64,000 nt of DNA from Neisseria sp. (GCA_030538415.1 JAUNTY010000003.1:20030-84029); one strand, 5' to 3'; counted from the stretch's first letter, positions 9,544 to 20,300 are shown. Program-made: numbers and translations. The notes: generated from the letters alone by a model not told the origin.

Positions 9544-9753
9544 GGTGTGCTCCTGCAAGTTATTGGATAGTGCCGCGCCGTTTCAGACGGCCTTGTGCGG
9601 CATGTGGCTATTATGAGCGCAAAGCGCGGGGAAAGTGCGGCGGGTTAGCAAAGTTTTAATCCCGCTTTACCGAAAGCGGCAGCCGCTGCGTTGTATTTTA
9701 CCGACAACAGTGTATGTTTAGCAAAACCTCTTTTCAGACGGCCTCGACAGCCC

Positions 9754-9813
9754 GAGGCCTTTGCAAAAAACAACCGTCGAACCCTTGCCGGGGGAATTTT
9801 GCAAAGGCCTCAG
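9754..9813. repeat. Family B MITE, minimal form (ends only)
   Basis: GAGGCCTTTGCAAAAAACAACCGTCGAACCC...GAATTTTGCAAAGGCCTCAG, carrying the same termini as the 220-bp family B copies. Confidence 0.5.
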
Positions 9814-9818
9814 CCCAT

Positions 9819-9862
9819 CATGCAAAAGCACGGCCGCAATCATACGGCCGTGCTTTTTTGTG
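9819..9862. terminator. Bidirectional terminator hairpin (GCACGGCCG...CGGCCGTGC followed by a T-tract)
   Basis: Lies downstream of the ychF stop. The stem is flanked by A-tracts and T-tracts. Confidence 0.6.
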
Positions 9863-9876
9863 CCTGCTGCGCCTGC

Positions 9877-10968
9877 TTACACGTTAAACAGGAAGTGAAT
9901 CACATCGCCGTCCTGCACGATGTATTCTTTGCCCTCGGCGCGCATCTTGCCCGCTTCCTTGGCCTTGGCTTCGCCGCCCAGGGTGACGAAATCGTCATAA
10001 GCAATCACTTGGGCGCGGATGAAGCCGCGTTCGAAATCGGTGTGGATGGCGGCGGCGGCGCGGGGGGCGCTGTCGCCTTTGTGAATCGTCCAGGCGCGCA
10101 CTTCTTTGACACCGGCGGTGAAATAGGTTTGCAGGCCGAGCAAATCGTAGCCCGCGCGGATGAGGCGGTTCAAGCCCGGCTCTTCCAAGCCCATTTCCTG
10201 CAAAAATTCGGCTTTTTCTTCGTCTTCCAACTCGGCGATTTCGCTTTCCATCGCAGCGCAAACGGCGACCACGGGGGCGTTTTCTTTGGCGGCCAATGCT
10301 TGCAGGCGCTCAAGGTGGGGGTTGTTTTCAAAACCGTCTTCGGCCACGTTGCCGACATACATCGCGGGTTTGGCGGTGAGCAGAAACAGCGGTTTGAGCA
10401 AGGCCAGCTCTTCGGCATCAAGGCCGAACGAGCGCACGGGTTTGCCTTCGTTCAGGTGCGGCAGCAGTTTTTCGCACAGGGCGACCAGTTTTTGCGCGTC
10501 TTTGTCGCCCGACTTGGCCCGTTTGCCTTCGCGGGTGATGGCTTTTTCCACCGAAGCCAAATCGGCCAAGGCCAGCTCGGTGCCGATGGTTTCGATGTCG
10601 GCAATCGGATCGACTTTGCCGGCGACGTGGACGATGTTGTCGTCGTCAAAACAGCGCACCACGTTCACAATCGCATCGGTTTCGCGGATATTGGCCAAAA
10701 ATTGGTTGCCCAAGCCCTCGCCTTTGCTCGCGCCCGCCACCAGGCCTGCGATATCGACAAATTCCACAATCGCGGGCTGCATTTTTTGCGGATTGACGAT
10801 TTTCGCCAACGCATCCATGCGCGAATCGGGCACTTCGACGATGCCGACATTGGGCTCGATGGTGCAGAAAGGATAGTTGGCCGCCTCGATGCCCGATTGG
10901 GTCAAGGCGTTGAAAAGCGTGGATTTACCGACATTCGGCAGGCCGACGATACCGCATTTTAAGCTCAT
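9877..10968 (-). CDS. ychF: Ribosome-binding ATPase YchF (redox-regulated GTP-binding protein family)
   Basis: 363 aa with the G1 motif [12 protein letters not shown] and a TGS domain C-terminus. Confidence 0.92.
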   Translation of the reverse strand: MSLKCGIVGLPNVGKSTLFNALTQSGIEAANYPFCTIEPNVGIVEVPDSRMDALAKIVNPQKMQPAIVEFVDIAGLVAGASKGEGLGNQFLANIRETDAIVNVVRCFDDDNIVHVAGKVDPIADIETIGTELALADLASVEKAITREGKRAKSGDKDAQKLVALCEKLLPHLNEGKPVRSFGLDAEELALLKPLFLLTAKPAMYVGNVAEDGFENNPHLERLQALAAKENAPVVAVCAAMESEIAELEDEEKAEFLQEMGLEEPGLNRLIRAGYDLLGLQTYFTAGVKEVRAWTIHKGDSAPRAAAAIHTDFERGFIRAQVIAYDDFVTLGGEAKAKEAGKMRAEGKEYIVQDGDVIHFLFNV

Positions 10969-11083
10969 GATGGGTTTCCTGAACGTGCAAATTGACTAAC
11001 GGGCGATTATAGCATAATTCGATGACGGTTACGGCCTGACTGCGCGGGCAGCCAAGCTTTCAGGCCGTCTGAAAATAGGTGGA

Positions 11084-11274
11084 AGCCTTTGCAAAATTTC
11101 CCCGCCCTGTCGCTCCCGCGCAGGCGGGAGCCTAGGGCAAAGCGCCGCTTTGCTTGTGGCTCGGCTTGCGACCATGTTTCAAAACGCCTGCAAATTTGAC
11201 TGCAAGGCCGTCTGAAACTGAATCTGCGATTCAGACTGGGCACCCGCACAGGGGGATTTTACAAAAGTCTCAGT
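11084..11274. repeat. Family B MITE copy with a degenerate right arm
   Basis: Left arm CCTTTGCAAAATTTCCCCGCCCTGTCGCTCCCGCGCAGGCGGGAGCCTAGGGCAAAGCG. Right arm ...CAGACTGGGCACCCGCACAGGGGGATTTTACAAAAGTCTC. Confidence 0.6.
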
Positions 11275-11406
11275 GATTCAAACCGTCAGGATGCTTTATT
11301 GATTTTCAAACAATTTCATTAGAGCAGTTCACCTAATCTTTGTTTTTGATTATGCTGCTTCAACCGCACATCACTCTCTCAAGCTGCGGATAACAAAGGA
11401 GAAATC

Positions 11407-11814
11407 ATGAAGAAATTAATCATCCTGGCCGCCCTCGCCAGCCCGCTCGCGTTCGCACAAGGCATCGAAGGCAAATGGCGCACCATCGACGACGAAACCG
11501 GCAAACCCAAGGCGGTGGTGCAAATCAGCCAGAGCGGCGGCACTTACAGCGGCAAAATCGTCTCGCTGGCAGACGGCGTGAAAAACGAATGCCCGGCCTG
11601 CCAACCCGCCAAACCGCTCATCGGCCTGACCATATTGACCGGCCTGAAAGAAAAAGGTGGCAAATACGAGGGTGGCAAGATTTACGACCCGAAAAGCGGC
11701 AAAACCTACAATGCCAAGGCCGAAACAGCCAACGGCGGTCAGGCGCTGAAAGTGCGCGGTTATCTCGGCGTGTCGGCGCTGGGGCGCACCCAAACCTGGC
11801 AGAAAGCGGACTGA
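11407..11814 (+). CDS. DUF2147 family periplasmic protein, copy 1
   Basis: 135 aa with signal peptide MKKLIILAALASPLAFA and the conserved GKWRTIDDETGKPK...GKIYDP motif. Good AAGGAG Shine-Dalgarno sequence. Confidence 0.7.
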   Translation: MKKLIILAALASPLAFAQGIEGKWRTIDDETGKPKAVVQISQSGGTYSGKIVSLADGVKNECPACQPAKPLIGLTILTGLKEKGGKYEGGKIYDPKSGKTYNAKAETANGGQALKVRGYLGVSALGRTQTWQKAD

Positions 11815-12049
11815 GCTTCACCGGCAAATCAAAGGCCGTCTGAAAAGCCGGATGGGTTGCCGCATCTATCCAATTCAGCCAGGCTTTCAGACGGCCTTGA
11901 AGCCGCCGCAACATTGCCCCAAATAATCATTTGACTTTAAAATAAATTAAATTTCAGCCAAGCCATTCACTTCATCCGTGTTTTTCGTTATTCTTTGCCA
12001 ACAAGAAAAATAAATCCTTGTGTTAAAAGGAGAATACATAAATAAATTA

Positions 12050-12445
12050 ATGATACTGGTAGCGCTGTTCAGCCCACTGGCCTTCGCGCAAGGTATCGAA
12101 GGCAAATGGCGCACCTTCAGCGACCTCACCGGTAAGCCCGAGGCGGTACTGCAAATCAGCCAAAACGGCGGTGTGTACAGCGGCAAAATCGTCTCGCTGG
12201 CAGACGGTGTGAAAAACGAATGCCGCGCCTGCCAACCCGCCAAACCGCTCATCGGCCTGACCGTGCTGTCCGGCTTGAAAGAAAAAGGCGGCCGATACGA
12301 AGGCGGTAAAATCTACGACCCGGCAAACGGCGCAACCTACAACGTCAAAGCCGAGCTGGCCAATGGCGGCAGCGCTTTGAAAGTGCGCGGTTATTTGGGG
12401 GCTTCCACCTTGTGGCTCATCCAAACCTGGCAGAAAGCAGATTAA
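12050..12445 (+). CDS. DUF2147 family periplasmic protein, copy 2 (tandem paralog)
   Basis: About 75% identical to copy 1 (GIEGKWRTFSDLTGKPEAVLQISQNGGVYSGKIVSLADGVKNEC...). The ATG at about 12050 is preferred over the upstream GTG used by the ORF track. Confidence 0.65.
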   Translation: MILVALFSPLAFAQGIEGKWRTFSDLTGKPEAVLQISQNGGVYSGKIVSLADGVKNECRACQPAKPLIGLTVLSGLKEKGGRYEGGKIYDPANGATYNVKAELANGGSALKVRGYLGASTLWLIQTWQKAD

Positions 12446-12449
12446 GTTT

Positions 12450-12521
12450 TATAGTCGAAGAAATTAGTTTCTGCTACGGCGTTGGCTCGCCTTGTATCAG
12501 AATCTAATTTCTCCGACTATA
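12450..12521. repeat. Family A Correia-like element, short form (~72 bp)
   Basis: TATAGTCGAAGAAATTAGTTTCTGCTACGGCGTTGGCTCGCCTTGTATCAGAATCTAATTTCTCCGACTATA. It lacks the central segment present in the long form. Confidence 0.75.
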
Positions 12522-12577
12522 TAGGCAAACCAAAGGCCGTCTGAAAAGTTTTTCAGACGGCCTTTTTCTATTCCTGA

Positions 12578-14091
12578 TTATTTAAACAGCAAAATCAACA
12601 CCAACGCCACCGCAATCACCGCCAGCCACAAACTTTGCCGCTGCTGGATTTTCACCAGATGAATGTAGGCATCGCGCATTTCCTGCTGGCGCGTTTCATC
12701 CACCAGCATATTCAGCTTGCGCGGCAGGCTCGGCAGGATTTGCGCCCAATCGGGCGCTTCTTCTTTCAAATTGCGCAACAGGGCTTTGGGGCCGACCTGC
12801 TCGTTCATCCAACTGACTAAAAACGGCTTCGCCGTTGCCCACAAATCCAAATCGGGATCGAGTTGTCTGCCCAAGCCCTCGATGTTGAGCAGGGTTTTTT
12901 GCAGCAACACCAGCTGCGGCTGGATTTCTACATTGAAACGGCGGCTGGTTTCAAACAGGCGCATCAGCACCAGGCCGAACGAAATCTGCGACAAGGGCTT
13001 GTTGAAAATCGGCTCGCACACCGCGCGCACGGCGGCTTCCAGCTCTTCGGCACGGGTGTCGGCGGGCACCCAGCCCGATTCGATGTGAGCGGTGGCGACG
13101 CGGTGGTAATCGCGGTTGAAAAAGGCGAGAAAATTAATCGCCAGATAGCGTTTGTCGTATTCGGTGAGGCTGCCGACAATGCCGAAATCGAGCGCGATGT
13201 AGCGGTTGTCGGCGGCGACGAGGATATTGCCGGGGTGCATATCGGCATGGAAAAAGCCGTTTTTAAACACTTGGGTGAAGAAAATTTCCACGCCGTAACG
13301 GGCGAGCTTTTTCAAATCAATACCGTCTGAACGCAATTTTTCCACATCCGAAATCGGCGTGCCGTCCATCCATTCGATGGTGAGCACGTCGCGACTGCAA
13401 TAATCGAAATATACCTGCGGCACAATCAGCATATTGCTGTCGGTAAAGTTGCGGCGCAGTTGGCTGGCGTTGGCCGCTTCTTTCATCAAATCCAATTCGT
13501 CGTGCAGGTATTTGTCGAATTCTGCCACCACCTCCTGCGGTTTCAGGCGCTTGCCGTCGGCAAACAGCCGCTCTATCCATTTGGCACCGAAACGCATCAG
13601 CGCCAAATCCTGCTCGATGACCGGCAGCAAATCGGGGCGCAACACCTTTACTGCCACCGCTTCGCCGCTGTGTAAACGCGCCTTGTGCACCTGCGCCACC
13701 GAAGCGCTGGCCACCGGCACTTCGTCAAATTCGGCATACACTTTACCAATCGGATGCCCGAGCGAAGCCTCAATGTGCATGCGTGCAACCGTGCCGGGAA
13801 ACGGCGGCACTTTATCTTGCAGCTTCGCCAGCTCCCGCGCATATTCCGGCGGCAGAATATCGGGGCGGGTGGAGAGTACCTGCCCCAGCTTCACAAAAAT
13901 CGGCCCCAGGCTCTCCAGCGCCAAGCGCAGGCGCACCGGCAGCGGCTCCTCGTGGCTCTGCGGGCTTTGCGGCAGCTTCTGCAGCAACAGACGCAGCCAT
14001 TCGGGGCGCACATGCCCGGCAAAAATGTCGGCGAGGCCGTAGCGGTAAATCGTTTTAATGATGGTGGTGGAGCGTTTCAGCCATTTCATGA
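12578..14091 (-). CDS. ubiB: Ubiquinone biosynthesis regulatory protein kinase UbiB (ABC1/ADCK family)
   Basis: Atypical kinase motifs, a C-terminal transmembrane segment and about 500 aa. The start is set at [10 protein letters not shown]; the longer track ORF reads through the adjacent MITE. Confidence 0.88.
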
Positions 14092-14107
14092 GCGGTCTTT
14101 GCAGTAA

Positions 14108-14215
14108 TATAGTCGGAGCAATGAGATTCTGATACAAGGCGGCGAGCCGCAGACAGTACAGATAGTACGACAAGGCGAAACAACGCTGTAGCAGAAACTC
14201 ATTTCTTCGACTATA
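14108..14215. repeat. Family A Correia-like element, long form
   Basis: TATAGTCGGAGCAATGAGATTC...GAAACTCATTTCTTCGACTATA, abutting the ubiB start. Confidence 0.8.
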
Positions 14216-14827
14216 AAAAACGCCGCCTGTGCCGCCGATGCCCGATTATCAAAAGCAGCGGCCGCCCGGCGTGCAGCGGTAAAAAAACGGTGGCGGTTGG
14301 GCAGGTCAGTGCCGGAACAGATGATTTGGCAACCCGCCGGGCAAAGCGGCTGCACAGGCAGCTTCCTCCGCCTCGCAACCCGCCTTCCGGCCAACGGCAC
14401 CATGATACCATAGAAACAACCTGTCCCGATTTCATCCGCTCCGGCAAAAGCAGCCGATATCCGCCTGATATGCACACACAGGCAGAGACGTGAGCCTGTC
14501 GGCATTTGCAGCTTTGCATGCCCGCATTTCCCTGTCGCGGCGCCGGCATTTTAATATGCACAATATTTGATATTTCACCCGCTTCCTCTCCGCATCCGTG
14601 ATATACTTTAACAAAAATATAACGAGTGTCTTAATCGGAATGCATGTAAACTATGCACACAACATACAGCCATGCTATAATCCGCCGAAACACGCAAACA
14701 GCGTATAAATTTGATTCATGCAGCAAAGAATATTTTTCAGTCAGAAACCCCGACGAAACGCTTGATTAATAAGGCTTAGCCCTCTACCCTGACAACATCG
14801 GAACCCATCAAGCAGAGGCGGTGCATC

Positions 14828-15667
14828 ATGACCGAAAGCCAAAAAAAACTCAGTTTTGAATTTTTCCCCACGCGTACGCCGGAAGGGCGTGCCAAACAGG
14901 TGATTACACGGAAACAACTGAGCCAGTACAACCCCGAATTCTTCTCCTGCACCTCCGGCGCCGGCGGCTCCACCAAAGAAGGCACCATGCAGGCGATTGA
15001 AGATATTTTGAGCGAAGGCGTGGCCGCCGCGCCGCACCTGCCCTGCGTTGGCATGCAGCCCGAAGAAATCATCGGGCTCTTGCAGGAATACAAAGCAATG
15101 GGCGTGCGCCACCTGGTGGCATTGCGTGGCGACATCCCTTCCGGCGTCGGCGCAGGCATGGCCGGTTTGCGCTATGCCAACGAGCTGGTGGCGTTGGTGA
15201 AAAGCGAATTCGGCAGCGATTTCCACGTGGAAGTAGCCGCCTACCCCGAATACCACCCGCAGGCGCGCAGCGCCGAAGACGACATCAACAATTTCGTGCG
15301 CAAGGCCAAAGCAGGCGCAGATTCGGCGATTACACAATATTTTTACAATCCCGACGCCTACTTCCGCTTTGTCGACGATGTGCAGGGGCGCGGTGTGGAT
15401 ATTCCGATTATTCCCGGCATCATGCCGATTGCCAGCTTTTCCAAACTGGCGCGCTTTTCCGACACCTGCGGCGCCGAAATCCCGCGCTGGCTGCGGCTGA
15501 AACTGCAATCGTATGCCGACGACACCGCCGCCATCAAGGCGCTGGCGCTGGATGTGGTCACCGAAATGTGCGAACGCCTGCTGCGCGAAGGCGCGCCCAG
15601 CCTGCATTTTTACACGCTGAACCAGGCCGGTCTGGTTTCCACCGTCTGCCAGCGCTTGGGCTATTGA
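14828..15667 (+). CDS. metF: 5,10-methylenetetrahydrofolate reductase
   Basis: 279 aa aligning to E. coli MetF along its full length (SFEFFPTRT, AAPHLPC, HLVALRGD, ITQYFY, HFYTLNQAG). Confidence 0.9.
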   Translation: MTESQKKLSFEFFPTRTPEGRAKQVITRKQLSQYNPEFFSCTSGAGGSTKEGTMQAIEDILSEGVAAAPHLPCVGMQPEEIIGLLQEYKAMGVRHLVALRGDIPSGVGAGMAGLRYANELVALVKSEFGSDFHVEVAAYPEYHPQARSAEDDINNFVRKAKAGADSAITQYFYNPDAYFRFVDDVQGRGVDIPIIPGIMPIASFSKLARFSDTCGAEIPRWLRLKLQSYADDTAAIKALALDVVTEMCERLLREGAPSLHFYTLNQAGLVSTVCQRLGY

Positions 15668-15671
15668 ACAA

Positions 15672-15774
15672 TATAGTCGGAGAGTAAGTTTTAATACAAG
15701 GCGGCGAGCCGCAGACAGTACAGATAGTACGGCAAGCACAGCAACGCCGTAGTAAAACTTACTCTCCGACTATA
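15672..15774. repeat. Family A Correia-like element, long form
   Basis: Starts at the metF stop: TATAGTCGGAGAGTAAGTTTTAATACAAGGCGGCGAGCC...ACTCTCCGACTATA. Confidence 0.8.
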
Positions 15775-15908
15775 CAAGCTTCCTTCTTTTCTTGTTGTAC
15801 CTCAACAGAAAAGCTTCACGGGTCATTTTTATGACCCGTTTTTTTTTGCCCGTTTGGCAAGTCAATTCAGGCCGTCTGAAATTATGTTTCAGACGGCCTG
15901 TTTTTATT

Positions 15909-15980
15909 TATAGTCGAAGAAATGAGTTTTTACTACGGCGTTGGCTCGCCTTGTATCAGAATCTCATTTCTCCGACTATA
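15909..15980. repeat. Family A Correia-like element, short form
   Basis: TATAGTCGAAGAAATGAGTTTTTACTACGGCGTTGGCTCGCCTTGTATCAGAATCTCATTTCTCCGACTATA. Confidence 0.75.
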
Positions 15981-15995
15981 CTTCACCGTTGCCAA

Positions 15996-18176
15996 TCAAA
16001 ACTGCGACTTCGCCACGCGGCGCCAGTGGTGCAGCAGCGGTTCGGTGTAGCCGCTCGGTTGCGCCGTGCCTTTGAATACCAAATCGCAAGCGGCCAAGAA
16101 GGCAGGGGAGCTGTCGAAGCGGCCGACCATCGGGGTGTAGAACGGATCGCCTGCGTTTTGTTGGTCAACCACGCCCGCCATGCGCTCCAGCGTTTCGCGC
16201 ACTTCGGCTTCGCTCACCACGCCGTGCAGCAGCCAGTTGGCGATGTGTTGGCTGGAGATGCGCAGGGTGGCGCGGTCTTCCATCAGGCCGACGTTGTGGA
16301 TGTCGGGCACTTTCGAGCAACCCACGCCCTGCTCTACCCAGCGCACGACGTAGCCGAGGATGCCTTGGCAGTTGTTGTCGAGCTCTTGCTGTTTCTCTTC
16401 CGCGCTCCAGTTGCTATCGGCGGCGACGGGGATGGTGAGCAAGTCGTCGAGATAGGCTTTCGGCTCTTGCGCCAGCAGGTCTTTTTGCACGTCGAACACG
16501 TTCACTTGATGGTAATGCAGCGCGTGCAGGGTTGCGCCGGTCGGCGACGGTACCCACGCGGTGGTCGCGCCGGATTTGGGGTGGCCGATTTTCTGCTTGA
16601 GCATTTCGGCCATCAAATCGGGCATCGCCCACATGCCTTTGCCGATTTGCGCTTTGCCGGGCAGGCCGCATTCCAAGCCGACTTGGACGTTGCTCAACTC
16701 ATACGCCTGAATCCATTTGCTGGCTTTCATGTCGCCTTTGCGGATCATCGCGCCCGCCAGCATGGAGGTGTGCATTTCATCGCCGGTGCGGTCGAGGAAG
16801 CCGGTGTTGATGAACACCACGCGCTCGCGGGCTTCGTAAATACAGGCGGCGAGGTTGACGGAGGTGCGGCGCTCTTCGTCCATGATGCCCATTTTGAGGG
16901 TGTTGGCGGGCAGCTTGGTCAGGGTTTCGATGGCGGCAAACAAGTCGTTGGCGAAACGCACTTCTTCGGGGCCGTGCATTTTCGGTTTCACAATGTAAAC
17001 CGAACCGGCGCGGCTGTTTTTGTTTTCGCTGCGGTTCAAATCAAACGGGGCAATCAAGGCGGTCATCACGCCGTCGAGGATGCCTTCGGGGATTTCGTTG
17101 CCGTTTTGGTCGAGTACGGCGGGCGTGGTCATCAGATGGCCGACGTTGCGGATAAACAAGAGCGAGCGGCCGGGCAGTTTGAATGCGCCGCTGCCGTCGG
17201 GTTGGGTGTATTCGCGGTCGGGGTTGAGGGCGCGGGTGAAGGTTTTGCCGCCTTTTTCCACTTCTTCCGCCAGCGTGCCGTTCATCAGGCCGAGCCAGTT
17301 GGCATACACCAGCGCTTTGTCTTCGCCGTCAACAGCGGTGACGGAATCTTCGCAGTCCATGATGGTGGAGAGCGCGGCTTCGAGAATCACGTCTTTCACG
17401 CCGGCGGGGTCTTGCGCACCGATGGGGCTGTTTTTATCGATCAGGATGTCGATGTGCAGGCCGTTGTGCAGGAACAATAATGAAGTCGGCGCGTCTTCGC
17501 TGCCGTTGTAGCCGACGAACAATTCGGGCGCGGCCAGGCCGCTGCTGCCGCCGTTTTTCAATTGCGCTTTCAGACGGCCTTCTGCCACTTGATAGGCCAC
17601 CACGTCTTTGTGGCTGCCGCTTGCCAGCGGAATGCTGCTGTCGAGCACGTCGCGCGCAAAGGCAATCACGGCATCGCCGCGTACGGGGTTGTAGCCCTTG
17701 CCCGGTGCCAAATCGCCGCTTTGGTCAATCGCATCGGTGCCGTAAAGTGCGTCATACAAACTGCCCCAGCGGGCGTTGGCGGCATTCAAGGCATAGCGGG
17801 CGTTGTTAATCGGCACCACCAATTGCGGCCCGGCTTGTTCGGCCAGCTCGCGGTCGACATTGGCGGTGGCGATTTTGAATTCGAGCGGGCTGTCAACCAG
17901 ATATTCCTGCTCTTTCAGGAAGGTTTTGTAGGCCGCCAAATCGGTCACCGGGCCGGGATTGTTGCGGTGCCACTGGTCGATTTGCAATTGGATGCGGTCG
18001 CGCTTTTCCAGCAAATCGCGGTTGAGCGGGGCGAATTTGTGCACCAAATCGGCGAAGCCCTGCCAGAATTCGGCGGACGAAACCTGCGGATGCTTGGCCA
18101 ATACTTCGTTTTCGACAAATTGGTATAAATGATTGTCCACCTGCAGACCGGCGGCGGGCGTGTAGCTGTATGCCAT
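15996..18176 (-). CDS. glcB: Malate synthase G
   Basis: About 726 aa, collinear with E. coli GlcB ([65 protein letters not shown]). The start is MAYSYT with an AGGAGA Shine-Dalgarno sequence. Confidence 0.9.
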   Translation of the reverse strand: MAYSYTPAAGLQVDNHLYQFVENEVLAKHPQVSSAEFWQGFADLVHKFAPLNRDLLEKRDRIQLQIDQWHRNNPGPVTDLAAYKTFLKEQEYLVDSPLEFKIATANVDRELAEQAGPQLVVPINNARYALNAANARWGSLYDALYGTDAIDQSGDLAPGKGYNPVRGDAVIAFARDVLDSSIPLASGSHKDVVAYQVAEGRLKAQLKNGGSSGLAAPELFVGYNGSEDAPTSLLFLHNGLHIDILIDKNSPIGAQDPAGVKDVILEAALSTIMDCEDSVTAVDGEDKALVYANWLGLMNGTLAEEVEKGGKTFTRALNPDREYTQPDGSGAFKLPGRSLLFIRNVGHLMTTPAVLDQNGNEIPEGILDGVMTALIAPFDLNRSENKNSRAGSVYIVKPKMHGPEEVRFANDLFAAIETLTKLPANTLKMGIMDEERRTSVNLAACIYEARERVVFINTGFLDRTGDEMHTSMLAGAMIRKGDMKASKWIQAYELSNVQVGLECGLPGKAQIGKGMWAMPDLMAEMLKQKIGHPKSGATTAWVPSPTGATLHALHYHQVNVFDVQKDLLAQEPKAYLDDLLTIPVAADSNWSAEEKQQELDNNCQGILGYVVRWVEQGVGCSKVPDIHNVGLMEDRATLRISSQHIANWLLHGVVSEAEVRETLERMAGVVDQQNAGDPFYTPMVGRFDSSPAFLAACDLVFKGTAQPSGYTEPLLHHWRRVAKSQF

Positions 18177-18354
18177 CTTGAATTCTCCTGTGCTTTTTTT
18201 CTGATAAGGGCTGATGATTGCAACCAACCTGCCACGAAAATACCACTATTTGTGCGAATAATCCATAGCCCCGCCCCCGGTTTTGCCAAAAAACAGCCGT
18301 CTGAAAAACTTTTGATTAACAAAGTGTTTCAGACGGCTACATTTCAACGAAGAG

Positions 18355-18386
18355 TATAGTCGAAGAAATGAGTTTCTCCGACTATA
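18355..18386. repeat. Family A element reduced to its two inverted repeats (32 bp)
   Basis: TATAGTCGAAGAAATGAGTTTCTCCGACTATA, which is the left and right inverted repeats fused with no core. Confidence 0.6.
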
Positions 18387-18398
18387 GAATTGCACAGA

Positions 18399-18476
18399 TG
18401 GGCAGACAAGCAAAGCTGCGCTTTGCACTGGGCACCCGCCTGCGCGGGTGCGACGGTTATTTTTTGCAGAGGTTTC
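18399..18476. repeat. Family B MITE half-copy (reverse orientation)
   Basis: GGGCAGACAAGCAAAGCTGCGCTTTGCACTGGGCACCCGCCTGCGCGGGTGCGACGGTTATTTTTTGCAGAGG. Confidence 0.55.
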
Positions 18477-18544
18477 AAGTTATAGAAAAAGCCGTCTGAA
18501 AGTGGGTTTCAGACGGCCTTTCTATGGCTTATCAGCAAGCAGGT

Positions 18545-19294
18545 TTAAAACTCTTGTCGGGTCGGACGGATGGTGATTTCGTTCACGGCCACGTCTTCCG
18601 GCTGCTCGATGGCATAAGCCACGGCGCGGGCGACGGAATCGGCGGGGATTTCGTAAGCCTGATAAAAGGCTTCCATCGCGGCGGCGGCGTCTTTGTCGCT
18701 GCTGCCGTGTTTCAATTCGCTCTCCACCGCGCCGGGGTAAAGCGTGGTGACGCGGATGTTGTCGCCCGCCACTTCGCCGCGCAAGCCTTCGCTGATGGTT
18801 TTCACGGCGAATTTGGTGGCGCTGTATACCGTGCCCACGCCACCGGATACTTTCAAACCGGCCACCGACGAGAGGTTGATGATGTGGCCGCTTTTTTGCG
18901 CCTGCATGCCGGGCAGGACGGCGGCGATGCCGTAGAGCACGCCTTTGATGTTGACGTCAATCATTTTGTCCCATTCGTCTACGCGGCATTTGGCCATCGG
19001 CGCCATCGGCATGATGCCTGCATTGTTTACCAACACATCGATGCGGCCGAATCGGGCAACAGCTTCGCGGGCCAGGTTTTCCACTTCGGCGTGCGCCGCC
19101 ACATCGGTGGCTACGGCAATGGCTTCGCCGCCCTGCGCCTGAATATCGGCCACCAGCTTTTCCAGGCGGTCGGCGCGGCGGGCGGCCAATACCAATTTGG
19201 CGCCGAAAGCGGCCAGATGGCGGGCGGTGGCTTCACCCAGACCACTGGATGCGCCGGTGATGACCACGACTTTGTTTTGAATATTGTTGCTCAT
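18545..19294 (-). CDS. SDR family NAD(P)-dependent oxidoreductase
   Basis: 249 aa with TGASSGLG Rossmann motif, NNAG, and catalytic S...YxxxK (YSATK). AGGAG Shine-Dalgarno sequence. Confidence 0.85.
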   Translation of the reverse strand: MSNNIQNKVVVITGASSGLGEATARHLAAFGAKLVLAARRADRLEKLVADIQAQGGEAIAVATDVAAHAEVENLAREAVARFGRIDVLVNNAGIMPMAPMAKCRVDEWDKMIDVNIKGVLYGIAAVLPGMQAQKSGHIINLSSVAGLKVSGGVGTVYSATKFAVKTISEGLRGEVAGDNIRVTTLYPGAVESELKHGSSDKDAAAAMEAFYQAYEIPADSVARAVAYAIEQPEDVAVNEITIRPTRQEF

Positions 19295-19411
19295 GTTTTG
19301 CTCCTGTTTGGATTCAGACGGCCTTTGCGATGCAGTTTTTCACTTTCAGGCCGTTGTTTTTTAAAGATTGCCAAGGCCGTCTGCAAGGCTTTCAGACGGC
19401 CTCTGGCTGAA

Positions 19412-20125
19412 TTACTGTGCGTCGTAAGCCTGCTGCACCACGGCGATGCTCGGAATCACCACCGGCCAGCCTGCGTAAAACGCCAAGTGGGTCATCACTT
19501 CGCCCATTTCTTCGCGGGTGATGCCTTGTTGGATGCCGCGCGCCATGTACACGCCGAGGAAATCGCGCAGACCTTGGGCAATCAGGGCGGTAACGCTGAC
19601 GAGGTTGCGGTCGCGCAGGCTCAGGCCGGGGCGCTGCCATACGTGGTGGTAGAGCAAATCGGTGCTGAATGCGGCGAGGCCGGGGGCGAAGGGAGCGATG
19701 TTTTGCCCAATCAAGCCCATGAAGAAATCGTTGTCAGGCAGCGCTTGCGCCAGCGGCAGCAATTCCGGCGCCAATCCGGGCAGCTGGCTTTCGCTGATGC
19801 CGCGTTCGGCGAAGATGTCTTTCAGGATAATCACAGCGTTAAAGGCATTTGACCAGCCGGAATAAAACGCCATGTGCAACACGATTTCCGACATTTCTGC
19901 GGCAGTGACGCCGCTGTCGAGCGCTTTGTTGAAATAATGCGCCATGCCGGCGGTTTGGGCACGGGCAATCAGCGCGGCCACGGTAATCACGCAGCGGTCG
20001 TGGGTGCTCAGGCCTTCGCGCTGCCACAGGTTATTGACGATGGCGCTGCCGGTGAAGGCCGCCAGCGTGGGCGATACGGCGGCCACATCGGCGGGGCTGA
20101 CGGCGGAACGGGTTGGGTTTGACAT
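19412..20125 (-). CDS. Carboxymuconolactone decarboxylase family protein (AhpD-like, two CMD domains)
   Basis: 237 aa with a duplicated core of the form ITVAALIA...G / VSVTALIAQG, characteristic of tandem CMD/AhpD-fold proteins. Confidence 0.7.
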   Translation of the reverse strand: MSNPTRSAVSPADVAAVSPTLAAFTGSAIVNNLWQREGLSTHDRCVITVAALIARAQTAGMAHYFNKALDSGVTAAEMSEIVLHMAFYSGWSNAFNAVIILKDIFAERGISESQLPGLAPELLPLAQALPDNDFFMGLIGQNIAPFAPGLAAFSTDLLYHHVWQRPGLSLRDRNLVSVTALIAQGLRDFLGVYMARGIQQGITREEMGEVMTHLAFYAGWPVVIPSIAVVQQAYDAQ

Positions 20126-20173
20126 GATGTTTCCTTTCCAATGGATATGTGGTTTTCAGACGGCCTGTATTGA

Positions 20174-20281
20174 TATAGTCGAAGAAATGAGATTCTGATA
20201 CAAGGCGGCGAGCCGCAGACAGTACAGATAGTACGACAAGGCGAGCCAACGCCGTAGCAGAAGCTCATTTATTCGACTATA
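20174..20281. repeat. Family A Correia-like element, long form
   Basis: TATAGTCGAAGAAATGAGATTCTGATACAAGGCGGCGAGCCGCAGACAGTACAGATAGTACGACAAGGCGAGCCAACGCCGTAGCAGAAGCTCATTTATTCGACTATA. Confidence 0.8.
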
Positions 20282-20300
20282 AAGGCCGTCTGAACGGGGT

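Noticed and set aside
12578-14173. The 5' extensions of the track ORFs for ubiB (to 14173), the amidohydrolase (to 21488) and the NCS2 permease (to 42129).
   Set aside because: Each extension runs through an adjacent MITE. Internal ATGs with Shine-Dalgarno sequences that match ortholog N-termini were chosen as the starts.
14086-14505. ORFs containing the peptides [39 protein letters not shown] or [27 protein letters not shown]. Examples: 14086..14505, 20008..20268, 28985..29422, 42003..42251, 53071..53498.
   Set aside because: These peptides are translations of family A MITE copies in different frames and orientations, and they recur wherever an element occurs. They are artefacts of the repeats and not coding sequence.
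14600-14827. SAH riboswitch call in the metF leader.
   Set aside because: Only fragmentary resemblance to the conserved SAH core (CATCGGAAC, CCGACGAAACGCT). The P1/P2/pseudoknot pairing cannot be drawn convincingly by eye. It is left as a hypothesis needing cmsearch.
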